This document shows positions 19,095 through 30,274 of a stretch of 64,000 bases of DNA, one piece after another. The translations under genes were made by a program, and so were the position numbers. The notes below the pieces were generated by a model that saw only the letters and a list, made by a program, of their open reading frames with translations, was not told the origin of the DNA and did no database searches. Numbering within the stretch: the first letter of the stretch is position 1; every line of letters begins with the position of its first letter. Where the stretch lies: assembly GCF_988243305.1 (NCBI RefSeq), contig NZ_OZ547136.1. One strand, written 5' to 3'.

Positions 19095-20633
19095 TTATTC
19101 AGTCGGCAGTGCTACGCGCCAGGGGAGCAGTTCGCCGACCCGGTTTATCGGCCAGTCGGCTATGACGTCAAGGACATAGCGGAGGTAGCTTTCTGGCTCC
19201 ACTCCGTTCAGTTTGCACGTCCCGATCAGGCTGTACAGCAGCGCTCCCCGCTCTCCTCCATGATCCGAACCGAAGAACAGGTAGTTTTTGCGGCCCAGAC
19301 TGACCATCCGCAACGCATTTTCAGCGATGTTATTGTCCGCCTCAGCCCAGCCATCATCTGCATAGTACGTCAGCGCCGGCCACTGGTTCAGGGCGTATGC
19401 GAACGCTTTCGCCAGTTCTGAGTGTCGCGACAGGGTTTTCATCTTTTCACGCAGCCAGCTTTCCAGGGATTTCAGCAGCGGTTTCGTTTTCAACTGACGT
19501 TCGGCAAGGCGCTGTTCCGCCGTCATTCCCCTTATCTCTGCCTCGATGGCGTACAGTTCGCCGATCCGTTTCAGCGCTTCCTCCGTCAGGGCTGACGGGG
19601 TGCGAACGTGCACATCGTGGATTTTACGGCGGGCGTGAGCCCAACAGGCGGCTTCCGTTATCCGGCCATCCCGGTACAGCTCGTTGAACCCGGCGTATGC
19701 ATCCGCCTGCAGTACACCACTGAACCCCGCAAGATGGGTCTGCGGATGGATGCCTTTTCTGTCCGGGCTGTAAGCGAACCACACCGCCGGCGCCAGCGTT
19801 GACCCGGCGTTACGGTCGTCACGAACATACGCCCACAACCGCTCGGTCTTCGTTTTCTTATTGCCTGGCAACAGCACCGGGACAGGCGTGTCATCAACAT
19901 GGAGCTTACCGTCAGTCAGCACATAGCCATGAAGCGCCTCTTCCAGCGGAGACAGCTGCCGGCAGCATGCATCCACCCAGCCCGACAGCAGTGAACGGCT
20001 CAGCTCCACACCTTGCCGGCCGTATATTTCTGACTGGCGATACAGCGGGGTGTGCTCTGCATACTTCGAGGTCAGCACGCGGGCCAGCAGCCCCGGTCCG
20101 GCGATACCCCGCTCGATGGGCCGCGAAGGTGCAGGTGCCTGCACGATGGCATCGCACTGAGTACAGGCATGTTTTTCCCGTACCGTCCGGATAACCCGGA
20201 AGGCGCTACGCATCAACTCCAGCTGTTCGGCGATATCCTCGCCCAGATAGCTCAGTGAACCGCCGCAGTTCGGGCAGCACGGCGCCGCAGGCAACAGTCG
20301 CTTTTCGTCACGGGGTAGTGATTCAGGGAACGGCTTACGGGTGCGGGTCTGACGCAACGGACGCTGTACTGCCGGGTCATACACCCTACCAGTCAGCGTA
20401 TCGCTCTCTTTCTGAAGCCGGTTCAGATCGGCTTCCATTTGTGCGATACGGCGGGAGACTTTTTCGGAACGACTGCCGAAGTTCATCCGGCGGAGTTTAT
20501 CCAGCTGCGCCTGCAGATGGTCTATTTCGCGCTCCCGGTTGCTCAGCTTTTCCTGCAGGGCGTGGATCAGCGCTTCCTGTTCGGCCAGGCGCTGTTTCAG
20601 CAGGAAAATGTCGTCAGAAGAGATGTCGTTCAT
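19095..20633 (-). CDS. IS66-family transposase TnpC (complete, about 512 aa)
   Basis: Full-length TnpC with CPNCGG zinc motif; start taken at MNDISSDD. Confidence 0.9.
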   Translation of the reverse strand: MNDISSDDIFLLKQRLAEQEALIHALQEKLSNREREIDHLQAQLDKLRRMNFGSRSEKVSRRIAQMEADLNRLQKESDTLTGRVYDPAVQRPLRQTRTRKPFPESLPRDEKRLLPAAPCCPNCGGSLSYLGEDIAEQLELMRSAFRVIRTVREKHACTQCDAIVQAPAPSRPIERGIAGPGLLARVLTSKYAEHTPLYRQSEIYGRQGVELSRSLLSGWVDACCRQLSPLEEALHGYVLTDGKLHVDDTPVPVLLPGNKKTKTERLWAYVRDDRNAGSTLAPAVWFAYSPDRKGIHPQTHLAGFSGVLQADAYAGFNELYRDGRITEAACWAHARRKIHDVHVRTPSALTEEALKRIGELYAIEAEIRGMTAEQRLAERQLKTKPLLKSLESWLREKMKTLSRHSELAKAFAYALNQWPALTYYADDGWAEADNNIAENALRMVSLGRKNYLFFGSDHGGERGALLYSLIGTCKLNGVEPESYLRYVLDVIADWPINRVGELLPWRVALPTE

Positions 20634-21730
20634 ACATCGTGTATTTTTCGCCGGGCATGGACCCAGCACGCAACTTCTGTCTGTGCACCACCTTCACGTT
20701 TGGCACTGAACAGCCGATCGTAACCGCTGAATGCATCCGCCTGCAGGATACCCCGGAAGGGACGAAGGTGTTGTACCGGATGTTTTCCCTGCCTGTCTGG
20801 TGAGTAGGCGAACCAGACCGCCGGTGGCTCTGATGAGCCCGCATTCCGGTCATCCCGGACATACGTCCAGATGCGTCCTGTTTTTGCCTTTTTTCTGCCC
20901 GGTGTCAGCACTTTTACCGGTGTGTCGTCAGTGTGAACCTTGCGGGTGTTCATCACGTAACGGTACAGGGCATCATTCAGCGGAGTCATTAACTGGCAGC
21001 ACGCGTCAACCCAGTTGGAGATTAATGCACGGCTCAGTTCGGCACCCTGTCGGGCAAAGATTTCACTCTGACGATACAGTGGCAGGTGTTCGCAGTATTT
21101 TCCCGTTAACACGCGGGCAAGTAATCCGGAGCCCGCGATGCCGCGCGCTATCGGGCGGGACGGCGCTGGCGCTTCAACTATACAGTCACATTTTGTACAG
21201 GCTTTTTTTACCCGAACAGTGCGGATCACTTTCAGGGCGCTACTCACCAGTTCCAGCTGCTCAGCACTGACTTCACCCAGATAATCCAGCTCACTGCCAC
21301 ACTCCGGGCAACAACTTTCTTCAGGCTCCAGGCGGTGTATTTCACGGGGAAGATGTGCTGGTAACGGACGACGATGACGTGACTGTCGCAACTGGCGGGG
21401 AACCTGCGGGTCATCCTCACGCCCACTGTAACGATCGCTTTCCTGTTCGCGTTGTTTCAGTTGGGCCTCAGCCTGTTCAACCTCACGCTGCAGTTTTTCA
21501 GAACGGGTACCGAACAGCATCCGGCGCAGTTTTTCTATCTGGGCCCTCAGATATTCTATTTCCCGCTCCTCCTCTTCGATCTTTTCTTCGGCACGTGCCA
21601 GTGCAGAGCGCAGGAAGGCCTCCGTCTCTTCAACCAGACTCAGTTGCAGATCTCTCTGACGGAGGGCTTCAGCCTGCTCAGAGAGCAGCCTTTCCAGCTC
21701 AGTGATACGAATGAGGTATTTCCGACTCAT
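20630..21730 (-). pseudogene. IS66-family transposase TnpC, C-terminally truncated (N-terminal 366 aa of a different copy)
   Basis: Ends at …[12 protein letters not shown], the point homologous to the middle of the complete TnpC; its stop overlaps the next start. Confidence 0.8.
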
Positions 21731-21760
21731 GACCGTTTTTATAATCCGGCCATGACATTT

Positions 21761-22111
21761 TTACAACATTGTCAGTGCGTTAAGACGGGATGTTTTTGGC
21801 TGACGCCAGTCCAGCTTATCGAGGAGCATTGCCAGCTGCGAGCGGGTAATGGATACCTTACCGTCACGCACCGCAGGCCAGATAAACAGGCCTTCCTCCA
21901 GGCGTTTGGTGAACAGGCACAGACCATCAGCATCAGCCCAGAGGATTTTAATCATGTCACTCCGTCGGCCACGGAAGATGAACAGGTGACCGGAGAAGGG
22001 GTTCTCATCCAGCACATGTTGTACCTGTTCCCCCAGACCGTTGAAGGATTTACGCATATCAGTAACGCCGGCAACCAGCGAGATTCGAGTGTCTGATGGG
22101 AGCGAGATCAT
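21761..22111 (-). CDS. IS66-family TnpB (Orf2)
   Basis: 116-aa IS66 Orf2-like protein overlapping tnpA. Confidence 0.85.
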   Translation of the reverse strand: MISLPSDTRISLVAGVTDMRKSFNGLGEQVQHVLDENPFSGHLFIFRGRRSDMIKILWADADGLCLFTKRLEEGLFIWPAVRDGKVSITRSQLAMLLDKLDWRQPKTSRLNALTML

Positions 22112-22533
22112 CGCCCCCTCCCGGTCAGTTCACGGATCAACACCGTGAGCAGCTCTGGTGAAGGATTTTCCAGCGTCATGTTACCGTGGCGGAACTCAAC
22201 TTTACAGGAACTGGCACTGACTGTGCTTTGTGAAGGAGTGGATAAAAGCGGAGTAAGAGCCGCCATAGGCTCTTTCTGCTCATCAGGCGTTATCTCAACA
22301 GGTAATAATTCAACGCCAGCGTCAGAAGAGGTTGTTACCGGAAGACGCCGCGATATACGCCCTTCGTTCTGCCAGAGCCTGAGCCATTTGAACAGGAGGT
22401 TATCATTGATATCGTGTTCCCTGGCAATACGGGCAACAGAGGCTCCTGGTTGCAAAGCCAGTTTAACCATTTGAAGTTTAAACTCATTTGAAAATGTTCT
22501 GCGGGGTTCTGCGGATAATATTTTCTGTTCCAT
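22108..22533 (-). CDS. IS66-family TnpA (Orf1, HTH)
   Basis: 141-aa IS66 Orf1-like protein. Confidence 0.85.
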   Translation of the reverse strand: MEQKILSAEPRRTFSNEFKLQMVKLALQPGASVARIAREHDINDNLLFKWLRLWQNEGRISRRLPVTTSSDAGVELLPVEITPDEQKEPMAALTPLLSTPSQSTVSASSCKVEFRHGNMTLENPSPELLTVLIRELTGRGR

Positions 22534-23194
22534 AACAGGTGTCCACTAGTTGATGAAAAGGTGGGCACCTACGTTACCAATACTGGCTTAATGGCTACAT
22601 ACGGCGGTCAGTTTACGCTTACCATGTATCTGGCGAGTGAAGCTTTATGTCGTGTTCTGGCGTGTCCTGTGTTAGTTAGAACACGCCATCGATGGTCAGC
22701 AGGTTCATATTGCACCAGAGCGGATACAGCGTGGTGTTATGTCAGGGCTGCGCTGTTTACGTGAACACGTGGCGTATGGCCCCGCTTCCTGGCCGCTGCT
22801 GGGCATGGATCACGGCGCGACAAAGGGGCGACTACCTGGCAGCATGTGTCCAGCCGGTTCACAATCTGGTGAAGGTTCCTTACGCTCATGGGCCATACTG
22901 ATAATTCACCAGGCCATCATTTCCAGAGGAAGACGCCGTTTGCGTAGCGTGACAGTGTCGGACTCTTCAGGGCTGTGGGTAATCAGTTCCGGGGCAAGAT
23001 AGTCGCAGAGGGTTACGCAGAGAATAGTAACTGGACACTGGATCGATCAACCGATCCTTAACTGAGCGGCATGACAGCTTTCTGATGGTTTTTTTTTGAT
23101 AATCTTCACATTGTGCTTCTTTTCTGTTGGATAATCTTTGTACTTGATGGTGTACTAGGTATCCCATTATGCAGTTAAGTGAAGGTGATTAAAA

Positions 23195-24112
23195 ATGCAA
23201 TGTGAATTTAAAGGGGTCATATCAGCATTACCCACTCCTTATGACCAATCCCAGCAAACCGATATGGAGAGTCTTCGAAAACTGATCCGTTTTAATATCG
23301 AACAAAATATTAAGGGATTGTATGTTGGAGGCTCTACTGGAGAAGCATTTCTTCAGAATGTTGCAGAGCGAGAAAAAATTCTTGAAACAGTAGCCGATGA
23401 ATCAGATGGAAGACTGACACTTATAGCGCATGTGGGCGGAATCAGTACGGCAGAAAGCGAGGTACTTGCAAAAGCTGCAAAAAAATACGGATATCATGCT
23501 ATATCTGCTGTTACTCCATTTTATTATCCTTTTTCATTTGAAGAGCATTGTATCCATTACAGGAAGATTATTGATTCTGCAGATGGACTTCCGATGGTAG
23601 TTTATAATATACCGGCTCTTAGCGGAGTGCGTTTTTCTTTAGATCAGATAAATGAGCTTGTCACAATACCCAGGGTTTGTGCATTAAAACAGACATCCGG
23701 TGATTTATTCCAGATGGAACAAATCAAAAGGAATCATCCAGAGCTTGTGTTATATAATGGTTACGATGAAATATTTGCATCAGGGTTAATTGCAGGTGCA
23801 GATGGGGGAATCGGTAGTACATATAATATAATGGGGTGGCGTTATCTTGAAATATTTGAAGCAGTCAAAAACAATGATGTGATTAAGGCGAAGGAAATGC
23901 AAGTAGCCTGTAACCAGGTTATTGACACTCTTATTCAGAGTGGTGTCCTGGCAGGTATAAAAACTCTTCTTTACTATATGGGGATTATAAATACTCCTGT
24001 ATGCAGAAGTCCTTTTTCTCCGGTAAAGGAAAAGAATCTGGATGTATTATCAAAACTTGCAGAGCGACTGTTCGAAGAACATGACAGAAACAAAAAAATG
24101 AAAATAATCTGA
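23195..24112 (+). CDS. nanA: N-acetylneuraminate lyase (NanA paralog)
   Basis: High similarity to E. coli NanA across the full length (…[12 protein letters not shown]…[14 protein letters not shown]…). Confidence 0.9.
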   Translation: MQCEFKGVISALPTPYDQSQQTDMESLRKLIRFNIEQNIKGLYVGGSTGEAFLQNVAEREKILETVADESDGRLTLIAHVGGISTAESEVLAKAAKKYGYHAISAVTPFYYPFSFEEHCIHYRKIIDSADGLPMVVYNIPALSGVRFSLDQINELVTIPRVCALKQTSGDLFQMEQIKRNHPELVLYNGYDEIFASGLIAGADGGIGSTYNIMGWRYLEIFEAVKNNDVIKAKEMQVACNQVIDTLIQSGVLAGIKTLLYYMGIINTPVCRSPFSPVKEKNLDVLSKLAERLFEEHDRNKKMKII

Positions 24113-24145
24113 ATAATTGCAAGATTGTTATATAGGTGAAAATGA

Positions 24146-25021
24146 ATGATAACACTGGCTGTTGATATAGGAGGAACGAAAATTTCAGCGGCGTTGATAT
24201 CTGATGACGGTTCATTTTTGCTGAAAAAACAGATATCAACACCTCATGAAAGATGTCCTGACGAAATGACAGGGGCTTTACGTCTACTGGTTTCTGAAAT
24301 GAAGGGAACAGCGGAGCGATTTGCAGTAGCATCAACAGGGATTATTAATAATGGAGTATTGACAGCTCTGAATCCAGACAATCTTGGAGGGCTGAAAGAG
24401 TATCCTCTGAAAAATATAATGGAAGATATAACTGGTTTAAATGGAAGTGTGATAAATGATGCCCAGGCAGCCGCATGGGCAGAATATACAGTTTTGCCGA
24501 AAGAAATTTGTGATATGGTTTTTATAACCGTTTCTACGGGGGTTGGAGGGGGAATTGTAGTTAACAGAAAATTATTAACAGGTGTTTCTGGATTAGCCGG
24601 ACATGTTGGGCATATATTGTCCGGAGTAACGGATACAGAATGTGGATGTGGTCGTCGGGGATGCGTTGAAGCGGTTTCATCTGGTCGGGCCATCATGGGG
24701 GCAGCAAAAAATAAACTTGCAGGATATAGCACCAAATATATTTTTGAATTAGCGAGACAGGGATATAAGGAAGCAGAATTTTTGACAGAGCGTTCTGCCA
24801 GTACTATTGCTGAATTAATAGTAAGTTTAAAATTACTGCTTGATTGTCAGGTTGTTGTTGTCGGAGGAAGTGTTGGACTTGCTGATGGGTATGTTCAGAA
24901 AGTGTCGAAACATCTTTCCATATATTCTGAAATTTGTAATGTAATGCTGTTTCCGGCATATTTCAGAAGTGACTCTGGTCTTATTGGTGCAACTCTTTGG
25001 GACCGGGATTGTATTACTTAA
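24146..25021 (+). CDS. nanK: N-acetylmannosamine kinase (NanK-like, ROK family)
   Basis: ROK motifs, N-terminal DIGGTK, CGCGRRGC zinc site. Confidence 0.85.
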   Translation: MITLAVDIGGTKISAALISDDGSFLLKKQISTPHERCPDEMTGALRLLVSEMKGTAERFAVASTGIINNGVLTALNPDNLGGLKEYPLKNIMEDITGLNGSVINDAQAAAWAEYTVLPKEICDMVFITVSTGVGGGIVVNRKLLTGVSGLAGHVGHILSGVTDTECGCGRRGCVEAVSSGRAIMGAAKNKLAGYSTKYIFELARQGYKEAEFLTERSASTIAELIVSLKLLLDCQVVVVGGSVGLADGYVQKVSKHLSIYSEICNVMLFPAYFRSDSGLIGATLWDRDCIT

Positions 25022-25069
25022 AGTAATACTCCAGTGTATTATAAATCCGCTATTATTGTGAGGTTTAAT

Positions 25070-26536
25070 ATGGACTCCTGTATTCAGAAAAAGCAGGTTT
25101 GGTATAAGCATCTTTCACCCAGACAGTGGAAGATATTCGGTGCGGCATGGACAGGTTATTTACTTGATGGTTTTGATTTCGTTCTGATATCTCTGGTTCT
25201 TACAGAGGTTCAGCATGAATTCGGCTTGACGACAATAGAAGCGGCAAGCCTTATTTCCGCTGCTTTTATTTCTCGATGGTTTGGGGGGCTTGCTATTGGC
25301 GCTTTATCGGACAAGATGGGGCGCAGGATGGCAATGGTTTTAAGTATAGTGCTATTCTCTCTCGGAACCCTTGCCTGTGGTCTGGCTCCTGGATATGCAG
25401 TGATGTTTATTGCTCGCATTGTTATTGGGCTTGGTATGGCAGGTGAATATGGCTCAAGTGTAACATATGTTATCGAAAGCTGGCCTGTTCATCTCAGAAA
25501 CAAGGCAAGTGGTTTTTTAATTTCTGGATTTTCTATTGGGGGAGGTTTAGCTGCACAGGTTTATAGCATTGTAGTACCACTATGGGGCTGGCGTTCTCTT
25601 TTCTTTGTCGGCATGCTTCCAATATTATTTGCTTTTTATCTTCGCAAGAATCTTCCGGAGTCTGATGACTGGCAAAAAAGGCAACAAGAGAATAAACCCG
25701 TCAGAACAATGGTGGATATTCTGTACAGAGAAAAGAATAAATACATAAATATTCTTCTGTCTTGTATTGCATTTGCATGTCTATATGTTTGTTTTTCAGG
25801 CGTCACTGCAAACGCTGCTTTAATCACAGTTATGGCATTGTGCTGTGCGGCTGTTTTTATCAGTTTTATATATCAGGGTATGGGGAAAAGATGGCCAACA
25901 GGCATTATGTTGATGCTTGTGGTTATGTTCTGTTTCCTCTACGGATGGCCACTGCAGGCTTTTCTTCCTACATGGCTTAAGGTTGATATGCAGTATTCAC
26001 CAGAAACTGTTGCTCTCATATTTATGCTGGCAGGTTTTGGCTCTGCAGCTGGAAGTTGTATAGGTGGTTTTATGGGGGACTGGCTTGGAACCCGAAAAGC
26101 ATATGTTATATCACTTCTTATCGGTCAGCTTGTTATTATCCCCGTTTTTCTTGTGGACCGGGACTATGTATGGTTACTTGGCCTTCTAATCTTTACTCAG
26201 CAGGTTTTTGGTCAGGGGATTGGTGCTCTGGTGCCGAAAATAATCAGTGGTTATTTTAATGTGGAGCAGCGTGCGGCAGGACTGGGGTTTATTTATAATG
26301 TAGGTTCACTTGGTGGAGCATGTGCGCCTATTCTTGGTGCAGTTGTTGCGTCTCATACAAGTCTTGGTACAGCAATGTGTTCTCTTGCTTTTATCTTAAC
26401 ATTTGTTGTTCTTGTCCTTATTGGTTTTGATATGCCATCACGTGTACAGAGATGGATCCATCCAGAAGCTGCGCTTGAATATGATACTGTCGATGGAAAA
26501 CCTTTTTATGGAGCAAGAAAAAAGAATGTTGCATAA
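25070..26536 (+). CDS. nanT: Sialic acid MFS transporter (NanT paralog)
   Basis: Strong similarity to NanT throughout (…[12 protein letters not shown]…GEYGSS…TYVIESWP…). Confidence 0.9.
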   Translation: MDSCIQKKQVWYKHLSPRQWKIFGAAWTGYLLDGFDFVLISLVLTEVQHEFGLTTIEAASLISAAFISRWFGGLAIGALSDKMGRRMAMVLSIVLFSLGTLACGLAPGYAVMFIARIVIGLGMAGEYGSSVTYVIESWPVHLRNKASGFLISGFSIGGGLAAQVYSIVVPLWGWRSLFFVGMLPILFAFYLRKNLPESDDWQKRQQENKPVRTMVDILYREKNKYINILLSCIAFACLYVCFSGVTANAALITVMALCCAAVFISFIYQGMGKRWPTGIMLMLVVMFCFLYGWPLQAFLPTWLKVDMQYSPETVALIFMLAGFGSAAGSCIGGFMGDWLGTRKAYVISLLIGQLVIIPVFLVDRDYVWLLGLLIFTQQVFGQGIGALVPKIISGYFNVEQRAAGLGFIYNVGSLGGACAPILGAVVASHTSLGTAMCSLAFILTFVVLVLIGFDMPSRVQRWIHPEAALEYDTVDGKPFYGARKKNVA

Positions 26537-26545
26537 GAATAACGG

Positions 26546-27376
26546 ATGCTATCAGGGAATAAAAAAATGATTCATTACAGGGAGAATATATATTCTCTTG
26601 ATAATTATGAGCGTTATATAACTGACAGTTCGCTATTTGAGAATACTGGCGATGGCATAATATATACAGGTATTGTGCCCCTTATTACAGTTGTTGAGCC
26701 TGTTGTATCTAATCAACATAGTGTGCTGATTATACCTGGAGGTGGATACAGGAGGATTGTTTATGAAAGAGAGGGACTTGATGTTGGCAGATGGATAGCA
26801 GGTCAGGGATATACGGCATTTATTCTTTCTTACAGAATGCCCTCCGTTAATGGTTATTATTCCTTTGCAGATGCGAAGAATGCCCTGAACTTTATTTCTT
26901 ACTGGGCCGGAATGTCGGAGAGAACATTTAAGAGTGTTGGATGTATGGGGTTTTCGGCAGGTGGTCATCTTGCTGGATATATTACTCATCTCCATTATGA
27001 GGAAGAGACTTCTGTGCGTCCTGACTGGATGGCTCTGATATATCCAGTTATATCTCTTGACAGGAGTATTGCTCATCAGGGATGCCGGAAACGTCTTCTG
27101 GATGCAGGTGAAAGTGAATATTCAGCCAGTCTTGAAAATAGTGTTACAGAGTATATGCCACCAGTCTTTATTGTGCATGCAACAGATGATAAGGATGTTC
27201 CAGTTATTCATTCTCTGAGATATTTTAACTCTATTCGGGATAAGGGACATCATGCAGAAGCTCATTTTTTTGATAAGGGAGGTCATGGATTTGGTGTATC
27301 CGGAAAAAATGGATATCCGATAGAAAAATGGCAAAGCCTGCTTCTGGAATGGCTTGCGGAACATAAGTTTTATTGA
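26546..27376 (+). CDS. Alpha/beta-hydrolase esterase (putative sialate O-acetylesterase), copy 1
   Basis: GFSAGG (GxSxG) and HGF motifs; nan-cluster context; start may be the internal Met at 26567. Confidence 0.65.
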   Translation: MLSGNKKMIHYRENIYSLDNYERYITDSSLFENTGDGIIYTGIVPLITVVEPVVSNQHSVLIIPGGGYRRIVYEREGLDVGRWIAGQGYTAFILSYRMPSVNGYYSFADAKNALNFISYWAGMSERTFKSVGCMGFSAGGHLAGYITHLHYEEETSVRPDWMALIYPVISLDRSIAHQGCRKRLLDAGESEYSASLENSVTEYMPPVFIVHATDDKDVPVIHSLRYFNSIRDKGHHAEAHFFDKGGHGFGVSGKNGYPIEKWQSLLLEWLAEHKFY

Positions 27377-27421
27377 GAAATCAAATTACAAGTGATAAAT
27401 ATATTTAATGATGAGGCATTT

Positions 27422-28132
27422 ATGAAAAAATATTATCCACTATTAACTGTAATTCTTCTTGGTTTACCTTTGTGCTCTCAGGCATTAACTCTTAATCTAC
27501 GTGGGGGATACAGAAGCGCCAGTCACGCTTATGAAACGTTGATTCAGGTTAGTCAGGGGTGGAATAATGGTTGGTGGGCAAGTTTTGAGTCAAACACCTG
27601 GAATACAATTCACAACAATGAAAATGAATTGTTTGCACTCAATTATAATAAAATAGATATAAATAAAACATATAAAATAGATGACAAATGGGCTCTAATC
27701 CCAGGGATTCAGACACAATGGATGTCAGCAGGAAGTCAGTATAACCCTTATCTGAAAATTTCGTATCAGGCAACGCCAGATCTTAATCTGGCCTTACGCT
27801 ATCGCTATGACTGGAAAGCTTTCCGACAGACGGATTTAGATGGCAACAGGGCGCGTAATGATCAGCATCAGTTTGATGGTTATGTGACATACAAAATTAA
27901 TGATTCATGGTTGTTTGCATGGCAGACCACGGTATATACGAAGGTTAATAATTTCAAATATGGGAATCATAAAAAAACAGCAACTGAAAATGCATTTGTT
28001 CTGCAATATAAAATGTCACCGGTGTTCACCCCATATATAGAATATGATTACTTGGATAAACAAGGGGTGTATAAGGGGAAAGATAATAAACATGAAAATA
28101 GTTACCGTGTCGGTGTTCTGATTAATTTTTAA
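27422..28132 (+). CDS. KdgM/NanC-family outer-membrane porin
   Basis: Signal peptide MKKYYPLLTVILLGLPLCSQA, Tyr-rich beta-barrel ending in F. Confidence 0.75.
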   Translation: MKKYYPLLTVILLGLPLCSQALTLNLRGGYRSASHAYETLIQVSQGWNNGWWASFESNTWNTIHNNENELFALNYNKIDINKTYKIDDKWALIPGIQTQWMSAGSQYNPYLKISYQATPDLNLALRYRYDWKAFRQTDLDGNRARNDQHQFDGYVTYKINDSWLFAWQTTVYTKVNNFKYGNHKKTATENAFVLQYKMSPVFTPYIEYDYLDKQGVYKGKDNKHENSYRVGVLINF

Positions 28133-28144
28133 AAGGTGATTACA

Positions 28145-29254
28145 ATGAAAGTGAAAAACTTTATATATCTTCCCTTCTGCTTGTTTATTGGAACGTCGGT
28201 AGCCGGAGCTTTACCGGAAATTCCTGAACCATTTAAATATGGTGTAGGAGGGATCGAGAATGGTAAAATATATATAGGACTGGGAAGTCTGGGAAATAAC
28301 TGGTATATGATAGATACAAACCAGAGTGAAAAAAAATGGACTAAGATAGCGCAATGGCCGACAGTTCCCAGAGAGCAGGCAACAGCTACTATTATTGATG
28401 GTAAGATCTATGTATTTGGAGGAATTGGAAAAGATAAAAGTGGAGTCATAACCTTACAAAAAGATGTCTATTCCTATGATATTGCTAAAGATAAATGGGA
28501 AAAATTGATGACCCGTCCCCCTGTATCTCTTGCCGGTCATGTTTCTTTTATCCATAATGGTCATGCGGTATCTACTGGTGGTGTAAATGAGAATATTTTT
28601 AATGGATACTTTTCAGATGTCGAGTTATCAAAAGGGAATTCCGCGCTGACAGAGAAAGTCAACAGGGATTATTTTAGTAAACCTGCTGATGATTATTTTT
28701 TAAATAATCATATAATTTCTTATGACCCGTCAAAAAACCAGTGGAAGAACCTGGGAACGACTCCATTTCCGGGAACTGCTGGTTCATCGGTGATTTTTGC
28801 AGAACAGCAAATTTATATACTGGGAGGGGAGAGAAAACCGGGGCTTCGTTCTGTTAGATCCTGGACGGGGGAGCTTTCGCATGATCGAATTAAATGGTTT
28901 GAACTTCCACCAGTAGCTTCACCCGAGGGGGTGTCAGGAGCATATGCCTCTGTTATTGATGGAAATATCTTTCTGGCCGGTGGTGCATATTTCCCGGGGG
29001 CGGCAGAAAAGTATAGCAATGGTGAATACTGGTCTCATAAAGGACTGGATAAAGCCTATTCAAAAGAGATATATCAGCTAATAAAAAATGACTGGAAAAA
29101 AGTTGGTTCTTTGCCGGAAGGACTTGCTTATGGTGTAAGCCTGCCCTGGCAGGGGGGGATGCTCATTCTGGGGGGGGAGAAAAAAGATGGTAAAGCTGTT
29201 TCAGATGTTATTTATCTGAAAAAAAATGACAAACAAATAAAGATTGTTAAATAA
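28145..29254 (+). CDS. nanM: N-acetylneuraminate mutarotase (NanM/YjhT-like, Kelch repeats)
   Basis: Signal peptide plus repeated Kelch-type (IYV/I F GG) blades. Confidence 0.8.
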   Translation: MKVKNFIYLPFCLFIGTSVAGALPEIPEPFKYGVGGIENGKIYIGLGSLGNNWYMIDTNQSEKKWTKIAQWPTVPREQATATIIDGKIYVFGGIGKDKSGVITLQKDVYSYDIAKDKWEKLMTRPPVSLAGHVSFIHNGHAVSTGGVNENIFNGYFSDVELSKGNSALTEKVNRDYFSKPADDYFLNNHIISYDPSKNQWKNLGTTPFPGTAGSSVIFAEQQIYILGGERKPGLRSVRSWTGELSHDRIKWFELPPVASPEGVSGAYASVIDGNIFLAGGAYFPGAAEKYSNGEYWSHKGLDKAYSKEIYQLIKNDWKKVGSLPEGLAYGVSLPWQGGMLILGGEKKDGKAVSDVIYLKKNDKQIKIVK

Positions 29255-29315
29255 CTGTAATGCAGGTGACTGTATTAGTTGTTCAGTCACCTGAGTTATT
29301 TTAATGGGGTTTATA

Positions 29316-30239
29316 ATGAATAAAGATAGATCTTTAAATGAAATGATGTTAAGCTTGTTTAATAAATCAACTATTGTTGACTTGTCAAGTGAGACAATAT
29401 CTGAGAGTAAATCTCTTTCAGGCCGTATTTATCAGGATCCTGAACATAACGGGGAATTTGAACTTGATCGTGTATTGACAGATATTTATGCTCCTCAGTT
29501 AATTATTTTTTTACCAGATAAACCAAATGGAACAGGAATATTGATTATTCCCGGGGGGGGCTACCAGGCTGTTATGTTAGATAAGGAAGGTACAGCTCTT
29601 GCTCCAGAGTTTTTATCTCAGGGCTATACATTATTTGTTCTTAGTTACAGATTACCATCGCCAGTTGAGGGAGAAAATATAAACAAAACTTTTATTGATG
29701 CAATATCTGCAATGCTTTATATTCGTAAGAATGCTGATAAATGGCATCTACAGCGTCATCGTATTGGTGTATTAGGATTTTCTGCTGGGGGGCATATCGC
29801 CTCAACGTTTGTGAATCAGATTTGTGATTTCAAACGTTCTTCTGACAGTAAAGAACAAGAGATTTTCGCTATTCCCGATTTTGTCGGGTTAATTTATCCT
29901 GTAATATCAATGAAAGATGATGTGACACATCCAGGCTCCAGGAAGCAATTACTGGGGGACAATAGTACCTCAGAAAATATAATACAATATAGTGCGGATC
30001 TTAATGTCACATCATGTTTTCCTCCTGTGTTTTTACTCCATTGTTGTGATGATGATCTTGTGTCAATTGAAAACAGTCTGCTCATGTACCGTGGCCTAAT
30101 AGAGAAAGGTGTTTCTGCTGAAATGCATCTCTATGAGAAAGGAGGGCATGGTTTTAGTATTCAGTGGGCCACAGATCTTCCTGTTGGAGGATGGATAAAA
30201 CTGTTTATGGACTGGATGTATTCTCATGGATTTAAATAA
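29316..30239 (+). CDS. Alpha/beta-hydrolase esterase, copy 2
   Basis: Paralog of 26546..27376 with the same GFSAGG and HGF motifs. Confidence 0.65.
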   Translation: MNKDRSLNEMMLSLFNKSTIVDLSSETISESKSLSGRIYQDPEHNGEFELDRVLTDIYAPQLIIFLPDKPNGTGILIIPGGGYQAVMLDKEGTALAPEFLSQGYTLFVLSYRLPSPVEGENINKTFIDAISAMLYIRKNADKWHLQRHRIGVLGFSAGGHIASTFVNQICDFKRSSDSKEQEIFAIPDFVGLIYPVISMKDDVTHPGSRKQLLGDNSTSENIIQYSADLNVTSCFPPVFLLHCCDDDLVSIENSLLMYRGLIEKGVSAEMHLYEKGGHGFSIQWATDLPVGGWIKLFMDWMYSHGFK

Positions 30240-30274
30240 TATTTATGGTGACTACCTGGTGAAGCGTCGAGTAA

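Larger units (their letters stand above)
19058..22622 (-). mobile_element. IS66-family element, rearranged (tnpA-tnpB-truncated tnpC plus a second complete tnpC)
   Basis: GTAAGCGT-type termini near 19058 and 22622; about 3.6 kb, longer than a canonical IS66 member. Confidence 0.75.

Noticed and set aside
19397-20258. Several plus-strand ORFs of 64-131 aa in the IS66 region
   Set aside because: All are antisense to the complete IS66 tnpC, and their translations are Arg/Pro-rich with no recognisable domain.
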